A stretch of DNA of 64,000 nucleotides from assembly GCF_058153355.1 (NCBI RefSeq), contig NZ_CM177019.1; one strand, written 5' to 3'. Below are positions 44,156-57,872 of this stretch, one piece after another (positions within the stretch are counted from its first letter, which is position 1; each line of letters opens with the position of its first letter). Below the pieces are notes generated by a model, which was not told the DNA's origin, did not search any database, and was given only the letters and a program-made list of their open reading frames with translations. A program made the translations under genes and the position numbers.

Positions 44156-45013
44156 TTAACCAGCTATACTCGCACTCGTCGGCCCTGTTTCAATACTACC
44201 CACAATATCAATAATGTGCCCCCAGAACATATCATCATCGTTATAATATAATGAATAATCTCTATTATAATCCATAGTCAACTCAACAAGATTTATTCTG
44301 CTAACAAACATATCTTCTGTAATTTCTTCATCTTCTTCATCTTGAAGCCAGTCATTGGCCAATTCAGTTAATTGTTCTGCGGCATATTGCCTAAACTCCT
44401 GATCTTTTTGTTGCATATGACTACATAAAAATCGCAGATTTTCAAAAGCCTGTTGCCAGGTATATCTATCATTCTTATCTACTTCCATAGATACAGAAAT
44501 ATTCTGATCATTCCATTTCACTTCCCCGCTAAAACAGGAGTAGTCTTTATTAAGCACGAAAGTCCCCAATTGCTGATCTTCAACAACAACTGGTTTGCGA
44601 TATTCTTTCTGAATATTGAGCAGTTCCTCACACTGAACATGACTTTCAAGAACCTCAAGAACATAAAACCGATTATAAAACTCGGCTAACTTTCCTTCCG
44701 GCACGGTCCTGTCAATCAAATCTCGTACTCTCAGGCGATATATACCACCAGACTGCATATTAAACGGCCACGCACAGCCTTGAGTTTTCTCATTTTCTTC
44801 TGTTATCAACCAGTTGAGTCGTCCATCTCCAACGTGAATTTCTCCCGTCGTCAGACTCTTCCAGGCGAGTAAGTGTTCAACCGCTGTCCAGTAATTATCA
44901 CCGTTACTCTTACCCGCGCCACCGCCAGTATCACTAAGAAGAACGATAATTTCTTCTTCTGTATCTTTAAATGTATGACTAAATTTTTTGTATTCTTCAG
45001 AATTTAAGTCCAT
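44156..45013 (-). CDS. orphan hypothetical protein (285 aa, acidic, cytoplasmic) in low-GC islet; no family assigned
   Basis: Uninterrupted 858-nt ORF with own promoter space (45014-45163) downstream of the hrpA terminator; no signal peptide or TM segment; Asp/Glu-rich with acidic stretch QDEEDEEITEDMF; AT-rich codon usage unlike flanking core genes; no K-12 counterpart at this position. Confidence 0.65.
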   Translation of the reverse strand: MDLNSEEYKKFSHTFKDTEEEIIVLLSDTGGGAGKSNGDNYWTAVEHLLAWKSLTTGEIHVGDGRLNWLITEENEKTQGCAWPFNMQSGGIYRLRVRDLIDRTVPEGKLAEFYNRFYVLEVLESHVQCEELLNIQKEYRKPVVVEDQQLGTFVLNKDYSCFSGEVKWNDQNISVSMEVDKNDRYTWQQAFENLRFLCSHMQQKDQEFRQYAAEQLTELANDWLQDEEDEEITEDMFVSRINLVELTMDYNRDYSLYYNDDDMFWGHIIDIVGSIETGPTSASIAG

Positions 45014-45163
45014 TTTTGCCCCGGTGAAAAATAAATTTGATCAATAACATTGAGTGCCGCAGTAATGAATGTGTTATCGATAATTCAAAAATGACTGCGT
45101 ACGCCACAAGCCTACTCCCTACGCGACGTAAGGAGTACCGCCCTTGCTATTTTTCAGAATTCA

Positions 45164-45199
45164 TAAAAAAACCCGGCGCTAAATGCTTACCGGGTTTTA
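45164..45199 (-). terminator. hrpA intrinsic terminator
   Basis: ACCCGG...CCGGGT hairpin; on minus strand followed by a 7-U tract, 24 nt after the hrpA stop. Confidence 0.7.
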
Positions 45200-45222
45200 G
45201 ATTTATCAGGCAAATAGCAGTG

Positions 45223-48200
45223 TTAACCGCTAATCTGTTCCATCGCCTGCAGAATACGCTTATCTGAAATCGGATAGGGTGTACCGAGTTGTTGGGCAAA
45301 ATAGCTGACGCGCAACTCCTCTATCATCCAGCGTATCTCTTTCACGTCTTCATCCTCACGACGTGCAGGCGGCAGTTTGTTGATCCATTGCTGCCACGCC
45401 TGCTGGACGTTTTCAACTTTCAGCATCTGAGCACGGTCACGGTGCGGGTCAACCGCCAGTTTTTCCAGACGCTTTTCAATCGCCTGCAAATAACGCAGCG
45501 TGTCGCCCAGGCGTTTGAAGCCATTACCAGTGACAAAACCGCGATACACCAGCCCACTCATCTGCGCTTTAATGTCAGAAAGCCCCAGCGCCATGGTCAT
45601 ATCCACCCGCCCTTTCAGGCGTTTGTTGATATTGAACACCGCTGTGAGGATTTGCTCGACCTGCTTCGCAATATCCACCACCGTGTCGTTCAGTTCAGCG
45701 CGCACTTTTTCATGCAACGCAGCAAAGCCTTCTTCCGTCCAGACCGGGCCGCCCGCCTCATCAATCAATTTATCAACACCGCAGGAGATGCAGTCGTCAA
45801 TAAGATCCAGCACTTTACCGTACGGGTTAAAGTAGAGACCCAGCTTTGCTTTATTCGGCAGTTTCTCATGCAGATATTTAATTGGCGACGGAATGTTCAG
45901 CAACAGCAAGCGACGCAAACCACGCCACATAGCCTGCTGTTGTTCCTGCGGGTTATCAAAAAGCTTAATCGCTACGCTGTCACGCTCATCCACCAGCGCA
46001 GGCCAGGCCTTCACTTTGTAGTTGCCACGTTTCTGCTCGTAGTGATCCGGTAAATTACCGAAGCTCCAGATATGTAACCCGCTTTGCTCAATACCATCAT
46101 CGGCAACGGCGGAAAGCGTTTCCTGCACTTTGCCTTTCAGGGCATCTTTCAGATCCTGTAATGAGCGCCCTTCTTTTAGCTTCTTATTTTTGTCGTCCAC
46201 CACGCGGAAGGTGATTTTCAGGTGATCAGGCACCTGATCCCAGTGCCAGTCTTCGCGGTCAACGGTAACGCCGGTCATCCGCCGTAGCTCGCGCTCAAGG
46301 CTGTCGAGCAACGGCAGTTCCAACGGCGTGACGCGACCTAAAAACGCTTCGGCGTAGTTTGGCGCGGGCACAAAATTACGCCGTACCGGTTTCGGCAACG
46401 ATTTGATTAGAGCAATCACCAGTTCACGGCGCAGGCCTGGGATCTGCCACTCAAACCCGCTTTCCTCAACCTGGTTAAGTAACGGCAGCGGAATATGCAC
46501 GGTCACACCGTCAGCATCCGCCCCCGGCTCAAACTGATAGCTTAAACGCAGCTTGAGATTGCCCTGATGCCAGAAGTTCGGGTAATCCAGCTTGCTGATT
46601 TTTTCCGCCCCTTCTTTGATCAACATGCTCTTTTCAAAGTTGAGCAAATCAGGTGTTTCGCGGCTGACTTTTTTCCACCAACTATCAAAGTGTCGTGCGG
46701 AAATCACATCGTGGCTGATGCGCTGGTCGTAAAACTCAAACAACGTTTCGTCATCCACCAGAATATCGCGGCGACGTGATTTGTGTTCCAGTTCTTCCAC
46801 TTCTGCCCGTAGTTTCAGGTTTTCACGGAAGAATGCGTGACGCGTCTGCCAGTCACCTTCCACCAGCGCGTGGCGAATAAAAAGTTCACGACACAGCGCA
46901 GGATCAATCTGGCTGTAGTTGACCTTACGCGCAGCAACAATCGGCAACCCGTAAACGGTGACTTTTTCAGTTGCCATCACCGCGCCCTGCGCCCGTTCCC
47001 AGTGCGGTTCGCTGTAGGAGCGTTTAATCAAATGCTGGGCAACTGGCTCTACCCATTCCGGATCGATGCGTGCCGCAATGCGCCCCCACAGGCGGCTGGT
47101 TTCTACCAGTTCCGCCACCATTGCCCATTTCGGCGGCTTCTTGAATAAACCAGAACCGGGGAAGATGGAGAAACGCGCGTTACGTGCGCCGGTATATTCC
47201 TGTTTATCGGCATCTTTCATGCCGATATGCGAAAGCAAACCTGTCAGTAAGGCGATGTGAATTTCGCGATACTCCGCCGGTTCGCTGTTAACCGGAATGC
47301 CAAGTTCTTTCACCACCTGGCGCAACTGGGTGTAGATATCCTGCCATTCGCGCACGCGCAGATAGTTAAGGTAATCGGTACGGCACAGGCGACGGAAGGC
47401 GTTTGAAGAGAGCGCCTTTTGCTGCTCGCCGAGATAATTCCACAGATTTACAAACGCCAGGAAGTCGGATTCTTTATCGTGAAAGCGACGATGTTTTTCG
47501 TCCGATGCCTGCTGCTTGTCCATTGGCCGCTCACGCGGGTCCTGAATAGAGAGCGCGGAAGTGATAATCATCGCCTCACGCACGCAGCCATGTTTCTGCG
47601 CTTCCAACACCATTCGCGCCAGACGAGGATCGACTGGCAGTTGCGAGAGCTGGCGACCGAGCGGCGTCAGTTTATAGGCGCTGGCCTGTTCATCAGTGGT
47701 GATCGCGCCCAGCTCTTCGAGCAGACGCACGCCATCCTGGATATTGCGTTTATCCGGCGCTTCTACAAACGGGAACGCAGCGATATCGCCCAGCCCCAGC
47801 GCGGTCATCTGCAAAATAACCGAGGCCAGGTTGGTACGCAGAATCTCCGGATCGGTAAATTCCGGGCGCGAGAGGAAATCGTCTTCGGAATAAAGACGAA
47901 TGCAGATCCCTTCTGACACACGACCACAGCGGCCTTTACGCTGATTAGCTGAAGCCTGCGAAATGGGCTCAATCGGCAGACGCTGTACTTTGGTGCGATA
48001 GCTGTAGCGGCTAATACGCGCCGTACCTGGGTCGATAACGTATTTAATCCCCGGCACGGTCAGCGACGTTTCCGCGACGTTAGTCGCCAGCACAATGCGC
48101 CGTCCGCTGTGCGACTGGAAGACGCGGTTCTGCTCGCTGTTCGAAAGCCGTGCATAAAGCGGAAGAATTTCCGTATGGCGTAAGTTCAGCTTGTTCAGCG

Positions 48201-49125
48201 CATCGGCGGTATCGCGAATTTCTCGCTCGCCGCTCATAAAAATCAGAATGTCGCCAGGGCTTTCCTGGCTCAGTTCATCTACGGCATCGAAAATCGCCTG
48301 CAACTGGTCGCGCTCGGTGTCATCAGCTTCTTCAACAATCGGGCGATAGCGCACCTCCACCGGATAGGTACGACCGGAGACTTCGATAATCGGCGCATTA
48401 TTAAAGTGGCGCGAAAAGCGTTCCGGGTCGATAGTCGCGGAAGTGATAATGATTTTTAGGTCAGGACGCCGCGGCAGTAACTCTTTCAAATAACCGAGGA
48501 GAAAATCGATATTCAGGCTGCGTTCGTGCGCTTCGTCAATAATGATGGTGTCGTACTGCATCAGCAGGCGGTCTTGCTGGAGCTCCGCCAGCAGGATACC
48601 GTCGGTCATCAGCTTGACCATCGTGTTATCACTTACGTGATCGCTGAAACGCACTTTATACCCGATGCAACCGCCCGGCTCCGTTTTCAGCTCTTCCGCA
48701 ATACGGTTCGCCACCGTTCGTGCCGCCAGACGACGCGGCTGGGTATGGCCGATCAGCCCTTTAATCCCGCGGCCCAGTTCCATACAGATTTTCGGTAGCT
48801 GAGTCGTTTTCCCGGAACCCGTTTCCCCGGCGACGATCACCACCTGGTGATCACGGATTGCTTCGAGAATGTCCTGCTTTTTCTGACTAACCGGCAAATT
48901 GTCTGGATAAGTGATTTCCGGTCGTACTGCTTCACGCAGCAGGACTTTCCCTGCCGCCTGGTCAATCTCTTTCGCCATCTCCTGGAAAATGGCCTGTTGT
49001 GCATCAGGATTTTTAACCTTCTTCACGCCGTGCAGACGGCGGGAAAAACGCAGTCTGTCACGCAGCATCAGCGAATCCAACCGTTGCTGCAAGGCCGTAA
49101 AGGTCAATTTTTGTTGTTCTGTCAT
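45223..49125 (-). CDS. hrpA: ATP-dependent RNA helicase HrpA (DEAH box)
   Basis: 1300 aa; Walker A GETGSGKTTQ, DEAH box IIIDEAHERS, helicase C-terminal and OB-fold regions. Confidence 0.95.
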   Translation of the reverse strand: MTEQQKLTFTALQQRLDSLMLRDRLRFSRRLHGVKKVKNPDAQQAIFQEMAKEIDQAAGKVLLREAVRPEITYPDNLPVSQKKQDILEAIRDHQVVIVAGETGSGKTTQLPKICMELGRGIKGLIGHTQPRRLAARTVANRIAEELKTEPGGCIGYKVRFSDHVSDNTMVKLMTDGILLAELQQDRLLMQYDTIIIDEAHERSLNIDFLLGYLKELLPRRPDLKIIITSATIDPERFSRHFNNAPIIEVSGRTYPVEVRYRPIVEEADDTERDQLQAIFDAVDELSQESPGDILIFMSGEREIRDTADALNKLNLRHTEILPLYARLSNSEQNRVFQSHSGRRIVLATNVAETSLTVPGIKYVIDPGTARISRYSYRTKVQRLPIEPISQASANQRKGRCGRVSEGICIRLYSEDDFLSRPEFTDPEILRTNLASVILQMTALGLGDIAAFPFVEAPDKRNIQDGVRLLEELGAITTDEQASAYKLTPLGRQLSQLPVDPRLARMVLEAQKHGCVREAMIITSALSIQDPRERPMDKQQASDEKHRRFHDKESDFLAFVNLWNYLGEQQKALSSNAFRRLCRTDYLNYLRVREWQDIYTQLRQVVKELGIPVNSEPAEYREIHIALLTGLLSHIGMKDADKQEYTGARNARFSIFPGSGLFKKPPKWAMVAELVETSRLWGRIAARIDPEWVEPVAQHLIKRSYSEPHWERAQGAVMATEKVTVYGLPIVAARKVNYSQIDPALCRELFIRHALVEGDWQTRHAFFRENLKLRAEVEELEHKSRRRDILVDDETLFEFYDQRISHDVISARHFDSWWKKVSRETPDLLNFEKSMLIKEGAEKISKLDYPNFWHQGNLKLRLSYQFEPGADADGVTVHIPLPLLNQVEESGFEWQIPGLRRELVIALIKSLPKPVRRNFVPAPNYAEAFLGRVTPLELPLLDSLERELRRMTGVTVDREDWHWDQVPDHLKITFRVVDDKNKKLKEGRSLQDLKDALKGKVQETLSAVADDGIEQSGLHIWSFGNLPDHYEQKRGNYKVKAWPALVDERDSVAIKLFDNPQEQQQAMWRGLRRLLLLNIPSPIKYLHEKLPNKAKLGLYFNPYGKVLDLIDDCISCGVDKLIDEAGGPVWTEEGFAALHEKVRAELNDTVVDIAKQVEQILTAVFNINKRLKGRVDMTMALGLSDIKAQMSGLVYRGFVTGNGFKRLGDTLRYLQAIEKRLEKLAVDPHRDRAQMLKVENVQQAWQQWINKLPPARREDEDVKEIRWMIEELRVSYFAQQLGTPYPISDKRILQAMEQISG

Positions 49126-49316
49126 AACGTTAGTGGGCAGCAGGCTGCCTGATTAATTTTCTTTTAAATGATAGATATAGAGTACCACATTGCGGCTTTC
49201 TATGCGTTGTTCAATAAATTCGAACATAGGCTTCGATTTATTGCGCTATCTCTGTGGCAGGATTGTGAATAAAGTGTCAACAAGCAACGGGGCATCGCCC
49301 ATTCAAACATCTATAA

Positions 49317-49931
<615 letters not shown>

Positions 49932-49945
49932 CCGGACACGATCTT

Positions 49946-49975
49946 GATGTGGACTGTAGATATTCAGTCCACATC
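49946..49975. terminator. bidirectional terminator between convergent azoR and ynbD
   Basis: GATGTGGACTG-tagatattc-AGTCCACATC hairpin. Confidence 0.6.
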
Positions 49976-49984
49976 TCAATCCGC

Positions 49985-52747
<2,763 letters not shown>

Positions 52748-52762
52748 TTTCTCTATTTTCCT

Positions 52763-53659
52763 TCAGTAACAGCAGTAGCGAATAAAATAAAAAAATACCG
52801 GAGCGGTGAAAATTAATGAGTCAATCCTGTCAAGGAGTCCGCCATGTCCTGGTAATAGTTTTCCACTATCTTTAACACCAATATCTCGTTTGATGGCTGA
52901 CATCACTACATCGCCGCAAAAACCACTAATACCAATTAACAAACCCGCTAATAATGCCTGTAATGTATCTAGCGGTGTCAGCAACGGTCCAATAATCAGT
53001 GACGCAATCATGGTGGTGATTACGCCGCCCATCAGACCTTCCAATGTTTTTCCCGGGCTGACTTTAGGGACCACTTTTCTTCTGCCGCAGGATTTTCCCC
53101 ATAAATACTGTGCAATATCGTTTGACTCGGTTAATGCCAAAAGAAATAACACCAGTAACGCCCCGCCCTGGATATTTGTGGTTGGCAACATTAATAACCA
53201 GGCGGCATGACTCAAGGCGAAAACGGTCATTATCCAGCCCCAAAAAATGGCGCTCACGGTATGCAGAAAACCAGAGGGGTCACCCACTAAAACTCGCCAG
53301 GTGGCTAATATCAGAAACCCAGCCAAAGGTATAAATAACAGAAACAGCTCAAAGCAATTAAAACCGATAAGCAAATAGTTAAGAGGAATACCCCAATATA
53401 ACCAACGCGGAAAATGTACAGATATAAGCGTACAATATTCTTTCAATGCCAGAAAACTTATCAGCGCAAAAAACGTCAACGTCATCCAGCGTGGACCTGA
53501 AATCACCATTGAAAAACAAATGACGATGCCCCACCAGGTACGAATACGTAATGTAACCTCACCCCCTTTTCTCTCCGGTAACCGCCATATCAGAAAACGG
53601 TTTATCAGCGTTGCTAAAATTAACAACGCGAAAAGTGTTGCCAGAGATTTTTCCAGCAT
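52763..53659 (-). CDS. ynbB: CDP-diglyceride synthase paralogue YnbB
   Basis: 298-aa polytopic membrane protein, CdsA-like. Confidence 0.8.
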   Translation of the reverse strand: MLEKSLATLFALLILATLINRFLIWRLPERKGGEVTLRIRTWWGIVICFSMVISGPRWMTLTFFALISFLALKEYCTLISVHFPRWLYWGIPLNYLLIGFNCFELFLLFIPLAGFLILATWRVLVGDPSGFLHTVSAIFWGWIMTVFALSHAAWLLMLPTTNIQGGALLVLFLLALTESNDIAQYLWGKSCGRRKVVPKVSPGKTLEGLMGGVITTMIASLIIGPLLTPLDTLQALLAGLLIGISGFCGDVVMSAIKRDIGVKDSGKLLPGHGGLLDRIDSLIFTAPVFFYFIRYCCY

Positions 53660-54264
53660 TATCTTTCAGCACTCATAAAAAGCACACTCCGACAACGATT
53701 AATCGCAGTCCAGAGAAGCAGAATTGAAGCAATGCTCCATAAAAGATTATTCCATTGCATCCACTGTGGATAAATGGCAACGGCCAGCCCCCACAAACCA
53801 AATATTAACGCGCGATCGCTTTTGCCAAATGGACCGGCATAACTGCGAATACCGTTAATCGTCTGCGCGAGTAAACCACAAAACTCAGTCAATATGGTGC
53901 AAAATAACATGAGTATTACGAGTGATGCGTTACTTTCCGGTAAAAATAAAAACGGTAAATAGAGCGCAATATCGGAAATAACATCGCCAGTTTCATTCAA
54001 AATCGCCCCCAGACGTGTTTGCTGATTGCACTCACGCGCCAACATGCCATCCAGCGCATTGAGCGCCATACGGATAAAAAGCACGATGGGCAATAGCAAA
54101 AAGAGGATGGGTCGTGCCACCAACATCAACAGCAATCCGGTAAGAAGAGAAAGCGCCAGTGCAGCAAGAGTGATGTGATTCGCTGTAACGTGGTGCTTAT
54201 AAAGCCAAAACATCGTCGGCCTTAACAGCGACTGAAAGAGCGGTTTTATCTGGTAGAGCGTCAT
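53659..54264 (-). CDS. ynbA: CDP-alcohol phosphatidyltransferase-family protein YnbA
   Basis: About 201 aa; motif ALNALDGMLARE resembles CDP-alcohol phosphotransferase signature D-G-x2-A-R. Confidence 0.8.
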   Translation of the reverse strand: MTLYQIKPLFQSLLRPTMFWLYKHHVTANHITLAALALSLLTGLLLMLVARPILFLLLPIVLFIRMALNALDGMLARECNQQTRLGAILNETGDVISDIALYLPFLFLPESNASLVILMLFCTILTEFCGLLAQTINGIRSYAGPFGKSDRALIFGLWGLAVAIYPQWMQWNNLLWSIASILLLWTAINRCRSVLFMSAER

Positions 54265-54434
54265 TATCAATCCTTGATAATTCGGTTTGCGCTATGGTGC
54301 ATCAATTCCCCTGACGGAGATATCGCAACACGCCGCTTCATTAAAAATTCAGAATATATCAAGGTATTGGGGACTCACTGTCAGGAATGATTATCCCCAA
54401 TAGATCAAGTGGTTAAAAATTATTACGCTGTTAT

Positions 54435-56741
54435 TCAATACAACTCATCAAGTTTTCTCATCGCTTGTTCCCGTATTGCGCGCGTCTTACCGTTAAGCGC
54501 CAGCTGGCGAACTAAATCCAGTTCAGGGTTAACAAGCTCTAACGCCAGCAAAGGATTACGTTTCAGCCTCGCCTTCAATACATCAACTGGAAAGCGGGGA
54601 TTATTCATCGCCACAATCCACCACTCGGGATCAATTTCTGCCGCCAGTACTGCAGGCGGTGTGTGGCGGTTGCTAAGTGCGCCGAACTTGAAAAATGTGA
54701 GATTGCTTTTCGCCAGTGTACTCCACCATATACGATCCGGTTGTTTTGCCAGTACATCCAGTTGTGCTAACGCATCGGGGTCGAGTGCATAATAAACACG
54801 TAACGCTTCGTTAACCTGCGCACGGGAACTGTTTTCCTGCCTCAGAAAAAACTTCGCCCAAATATCATTGCGTGGCATGTTTTGCTGTAATTCCTTGAGA
54901 ACAACAGCGGGTAAATTATCCCAACTAATTAATGCACTCTCTAAAAAGTCCCAGTCGTCCGAACGTATCAGAGAGGTGGCATTTAATAGCATCTGGTCAT
55001 CAACTTCACCGTAGCTGATAAGCTCAGACAAAATCATATCAGCGCTGGTTTCATATGCATCTGAATCTGCTTTGGGATTATTTTTCCGATGCGATAAAGC
55101 ACGTTGCCAAATTTTTTGTTTCATCGACGTGCTCAGAAACTGATTTTTCGCCAGATTACTCCACCCCTCAGGATCGTTGAAACGTGTCAATAACCGTTGT
55201 AGAGCAGCGTCAGAGTGAATTACCTGCATATCCCGACAGCAAAAGTAGGCAGGGGATTTTTTCTCCATCCTTTTAACAAAATTAAACTGTAAGTTATCTG
55301 GCAATGCTAAAAATAACACACGTATTAGATCATCGTCATTCTCGAATTTTTGGTATAAATAGGCTGCAACTTTGTCACTCTCTTGTGGCGTCATCCGCAA
55401 TAATTGACCATGGTGTTTCATCTCTGCCAGCTTGAACGCTAAGCTTGTGACAACATTGTTTGATGAATCGTTCGCCAACTGCATTGCCTGATTGTAGGTG
55501 AGTTGTCCTCCAGCACCGACCTGACGAATAGAGGAATCATCACTGCGGATATAGCCATCAATAATGGATTCAGGCAATAACCACGCATCTTTATAAAGCT
55601 CCTGAATGATCATATCCCAATCTCTTTTCGCCAGAGTCATGACGATATCCAGAGGGAGATTTTCACGTAGCGCAAGATTCAACGGACCGACACCATCAGG
55701 TAGACGACTCATTCGCGTCATTATTTCGACAGAGAGCGGTTCACGGTCGAGCAACCCCAGAACAACAGGCTGGTAACCCAATTGCTGATCGGTCAACTCC
55801 AGAATCTCATTGTCAGGCATATATCTCGCCATACTTGCAATCGTTTGTTCATCATTGCTATTAATAAGTTGTTTGCGTAGGTTAGCTGAAATTCCTTTAA
55901 GCCTTGGGAGAGTTCGCATTACGGCAAGATCAAATGTCGCAATGTCTCGTCCTTCAAATGCAGCAACGTTGCCTTCATCCAGCATTTGCAATTCCTGCAC
56001 TAACTCAGGAGAAGGCTTAGGGCGAAACAGCGCTTCTTTTTTCATCTGATTACAGACATTCCCTGCCATGCGAATATTGCTTCGCTTAAAAATTTCTTTC
56101 AGAGCATCTTCATCATTTATTAGACCCCAATAATATGCATCAGGATTTATTATCATCAGCGCTTTTTTGACATTTTCAGTGTCATTTTTGTCACTCGCAC
56201 GGACCATGAATTCACTATTTGTCGAAGACGCAACAACAGGTGCAATTATGTCATTGATAAATATCCCACGCGCATTAATACTCCCCTTAATCGTAGACGG
56301 ATTATCGTAATATGAATCGATAAATACCAGTCCACTTGCATTTATCGAACCGGTAATTAACAGTGGTGAATCCGTAACTATATTCGTTGCCGTCACGTTA
56401 CCGAGAATAACCCATGGATTAGAAAGAGAGAAAGTGGAAATATTACCTTTGACTGTCAAATTACCAAGAACAATCAATTTTTGATTACTCTCTATATTAC
56501 CGTCTACCACTAAATCGCCACGATGCACTTTCCAGTCCGATGCAGATAAACCGAAGGGGACAAGATTCACGCTACTGTTGATAGCTTGTTCAACTTGCTG
56601 TTTATCTTCAGCGGTAGCCGCAGATAAAAATGGATTAATATCAACTGCATTTGCAACACATCGAAGTTCCGCCTGTACTGGAAGACTCAGGATAAACAGG
56701 GGAAGTAAACGTATCCAGCCGCAAATCCTGGCCTTAAACAT
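54435..56741 (-). CDS. ydbD: uncharacterised protein YdbD (signal-peptide-bearing, about 768 aa)
   Basis: Long ORF with N-terminal signal sequence; position between ynbA and ydbC as in K-12. Confidence 0.8.
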   Translation of the reverse strand: MFKARICGWIRLLPLFILSLPVQAELRCVANAVDINPFLSAATAEDKQQVEQAINSSVNLVPFGLSASDWKVHRGDLVVDGNIESNQKLIVLGNLTVKGNISTFSLSNPWVILGNVTATNIVTDSPLLITGSINASGLVFIDSYYDNPSTIKGSINARGIFINDIIAPVVASSTNSEFMVRASDKNDTENVKKALMIINPDAYYWGLINDEDALKEIFKRSNIRMAGNVCNQMKKEALFRPKPSPELVQELQMLDEGNVAAFEGRDIATFDLAVMRTLPRLKGISANLRKQLINSNDEQTIASMARYMPDNEILELTDQQLGYQPVVLGLLDREPLSVEIMTRMSRLPDGVGPLNLALRENLPLDIVMTLAKRDWDMIIQELYKDAWLLPESIIDGYIRSDDSSIRQVGAGGQLTYNQAMQLANDSSNNVVTSLAFKLAEMKHHGQLLRMTPQESDKVAAYLYQKFENDDDLIRVLFLALPDNLQFNFVKRMEKKSPAYFCCRDMQVIHSDAALQRLLTRFNDPEGWSNLAKNQFLSTSMKQKIWQRALSHRKNNPKADSDAYETSADMILSELISYGEVDDQMLLNATSLIRSDDWDFLESALISWDNLPAVVLKELQQNMPRNDIWAKFFLRQENSSRAQVNEALRVYYALDPDALAQLDVLAKQPDRIWWSTLAKSNLTFFKFGALSNRHTPPAVLAAEIDPEWWIVAMNNPRFPVDVLKARLKRNPLLALELVNPELDLVRQLALNGKTRAIREQAMRKLDELY

Positions 56742-56804
56742 ATGCACTCCATGCCATTAAAAAAGAAACAAAAGGGAAATGCATCTTTCCCTTTTGTATA
56801 TTCG

Positions 56805-57665
56805 TTATTCTCGCGAAATACCATCCAACGTAGACAACACGTCCGCAGAAAGATGCAATTTTTCTGCGGCCATATTCTCCCGTAAATGAGCAACAGAAGA
56901 CGTTCCTGGGATCAGCAAAATATTCGGTGAACGCTGTAAAAGCCACGCCAGCGCCACCTGCATTGGTGTCGCATTAAGGCTCGCAGCAACATCGGAAAGC
57001 GTGGAGGATTGCAGTGGCGTAAAGCCCCCGAGCGGGAAGAACGGCACGTAGGCAATACCATCGCGGGCCAAAGCATCAATCATTGCGTCATCAGCACGAT
57101 GAGCAATGTTGTATTCGTTCTGCACACAGACAATTTCGGTAATCTTACGCGCCTCTGCAACCTGCGTCGGTGTGACGTTGCTCAGGCCAATATGTTTTAC
57201 CAGGCCTTGTTGTCGCATCTCTGCCAGCACGGTCAGGCTGGCTTCAATCGATCCTTCCGCTGGGCCATGACCATCCCCCATCATAACGCGCAGGTTAACC
57301 ACATCCAGTACGTCCAGTCCGAGATTACGTAGATTATCGTGTACCGCTTTTTGCAACTCTGCCGGAGAAAATGCAGGCAACCAGGAGGCGTCCTCTCCAC
57401 GCCGCGCCCCAATTTTAGTAACAATGGTCAGGTCGTCAGAGTAAGGATAAAGCGCTTCGCGGATAATCTGATTGGTGACGTGTGGACCATAAAAGTCACT
57501 GGTATCAATGTGATTAACGCCTAATGCCAGCGCCTCGCGCAGCACGGTTATAGCGACGTGGCGATCCCTTGGGGGACCAAAAACTCCAGGACCTGCCAGT
57601 TGCATCGCGCCATAACCAAGACGGTTAACGGATTTTGTACCGAGAGTAAATGTGTTGCTGCTCAT
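56805..57665 (-). CDS. ydbC: aldo-keto reductase YdbC
   Basis: 286-aa AKR-fold ORF. Confidence 0.85.
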   Translation of the reverse strand: MSSNTFTLGTKSVNRLGYGAMQLAGPGVFGPPRDRHVAITVLREALALGVNHIDTSDFYGPHVTNQIIREALYPYSDDLTIVTKIGARRGEDASWLPAFSPAELQKAVHDNLRNLGLDVLDVVNLRVMMGDGHGPAEGSIEASLTVLAEMRQQGLVKHIGLSNVTPTQVAEARKITEIVCVQNEYNIAHRADDAMIDALARDGIAYVPFFPLGGFTPLQSSTLSDVAASLNATPMQVALAWLLQRSPNILLIPGTSSVAHLRENMAAEKLHLSADVLSTLDGISRE

Positions 57666-57796
57666 CGCACCCTGCCCTGTAATAAAACGGATTAAGAAAA
57701 ATCAGTATAGAAACGAAAAGAGTTAAATAATGCGAAGGCGTAAACAAGATTACTGGATGAGTTCCTCTATTGTCCTGAAAAACACCAAAACAAAAC

Positions 57797-57818
57797 GCGT
57801 CAAGCGCCGCATCCGGCA
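57797..57818. repeat. REP-like palindromic unit
   Basis: CAAGCGCCGCATCCGGCA motif between ydbC and ydbA. Confidence 0.45.
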
Positions 57819-57853
57819 ATAAAAAACCGCAACCTGTATCAGCGTTGCGGTTT
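57819..57853 (-). terminator. ydbA intrinsic terminator
   Basis: AACCGCAAC...GTTGCGGTT hairpin; on minus strand followed by a run of U. Confidence 0.65.
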
Positions 57854-57872
57854 ATGCATCACATACTAAAAA

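Noticed and set aside
44156-45013. Near-Walker-A sequence TGGGAGKS near the N-terminus of the orphan 285-aa protein
   Set aside because: Does not fit G-x4-G-K-[ST] (the first position is Thr, spacing is off by one) and no Walker B follows; treated as coincidence, not as evidence for an NTPase
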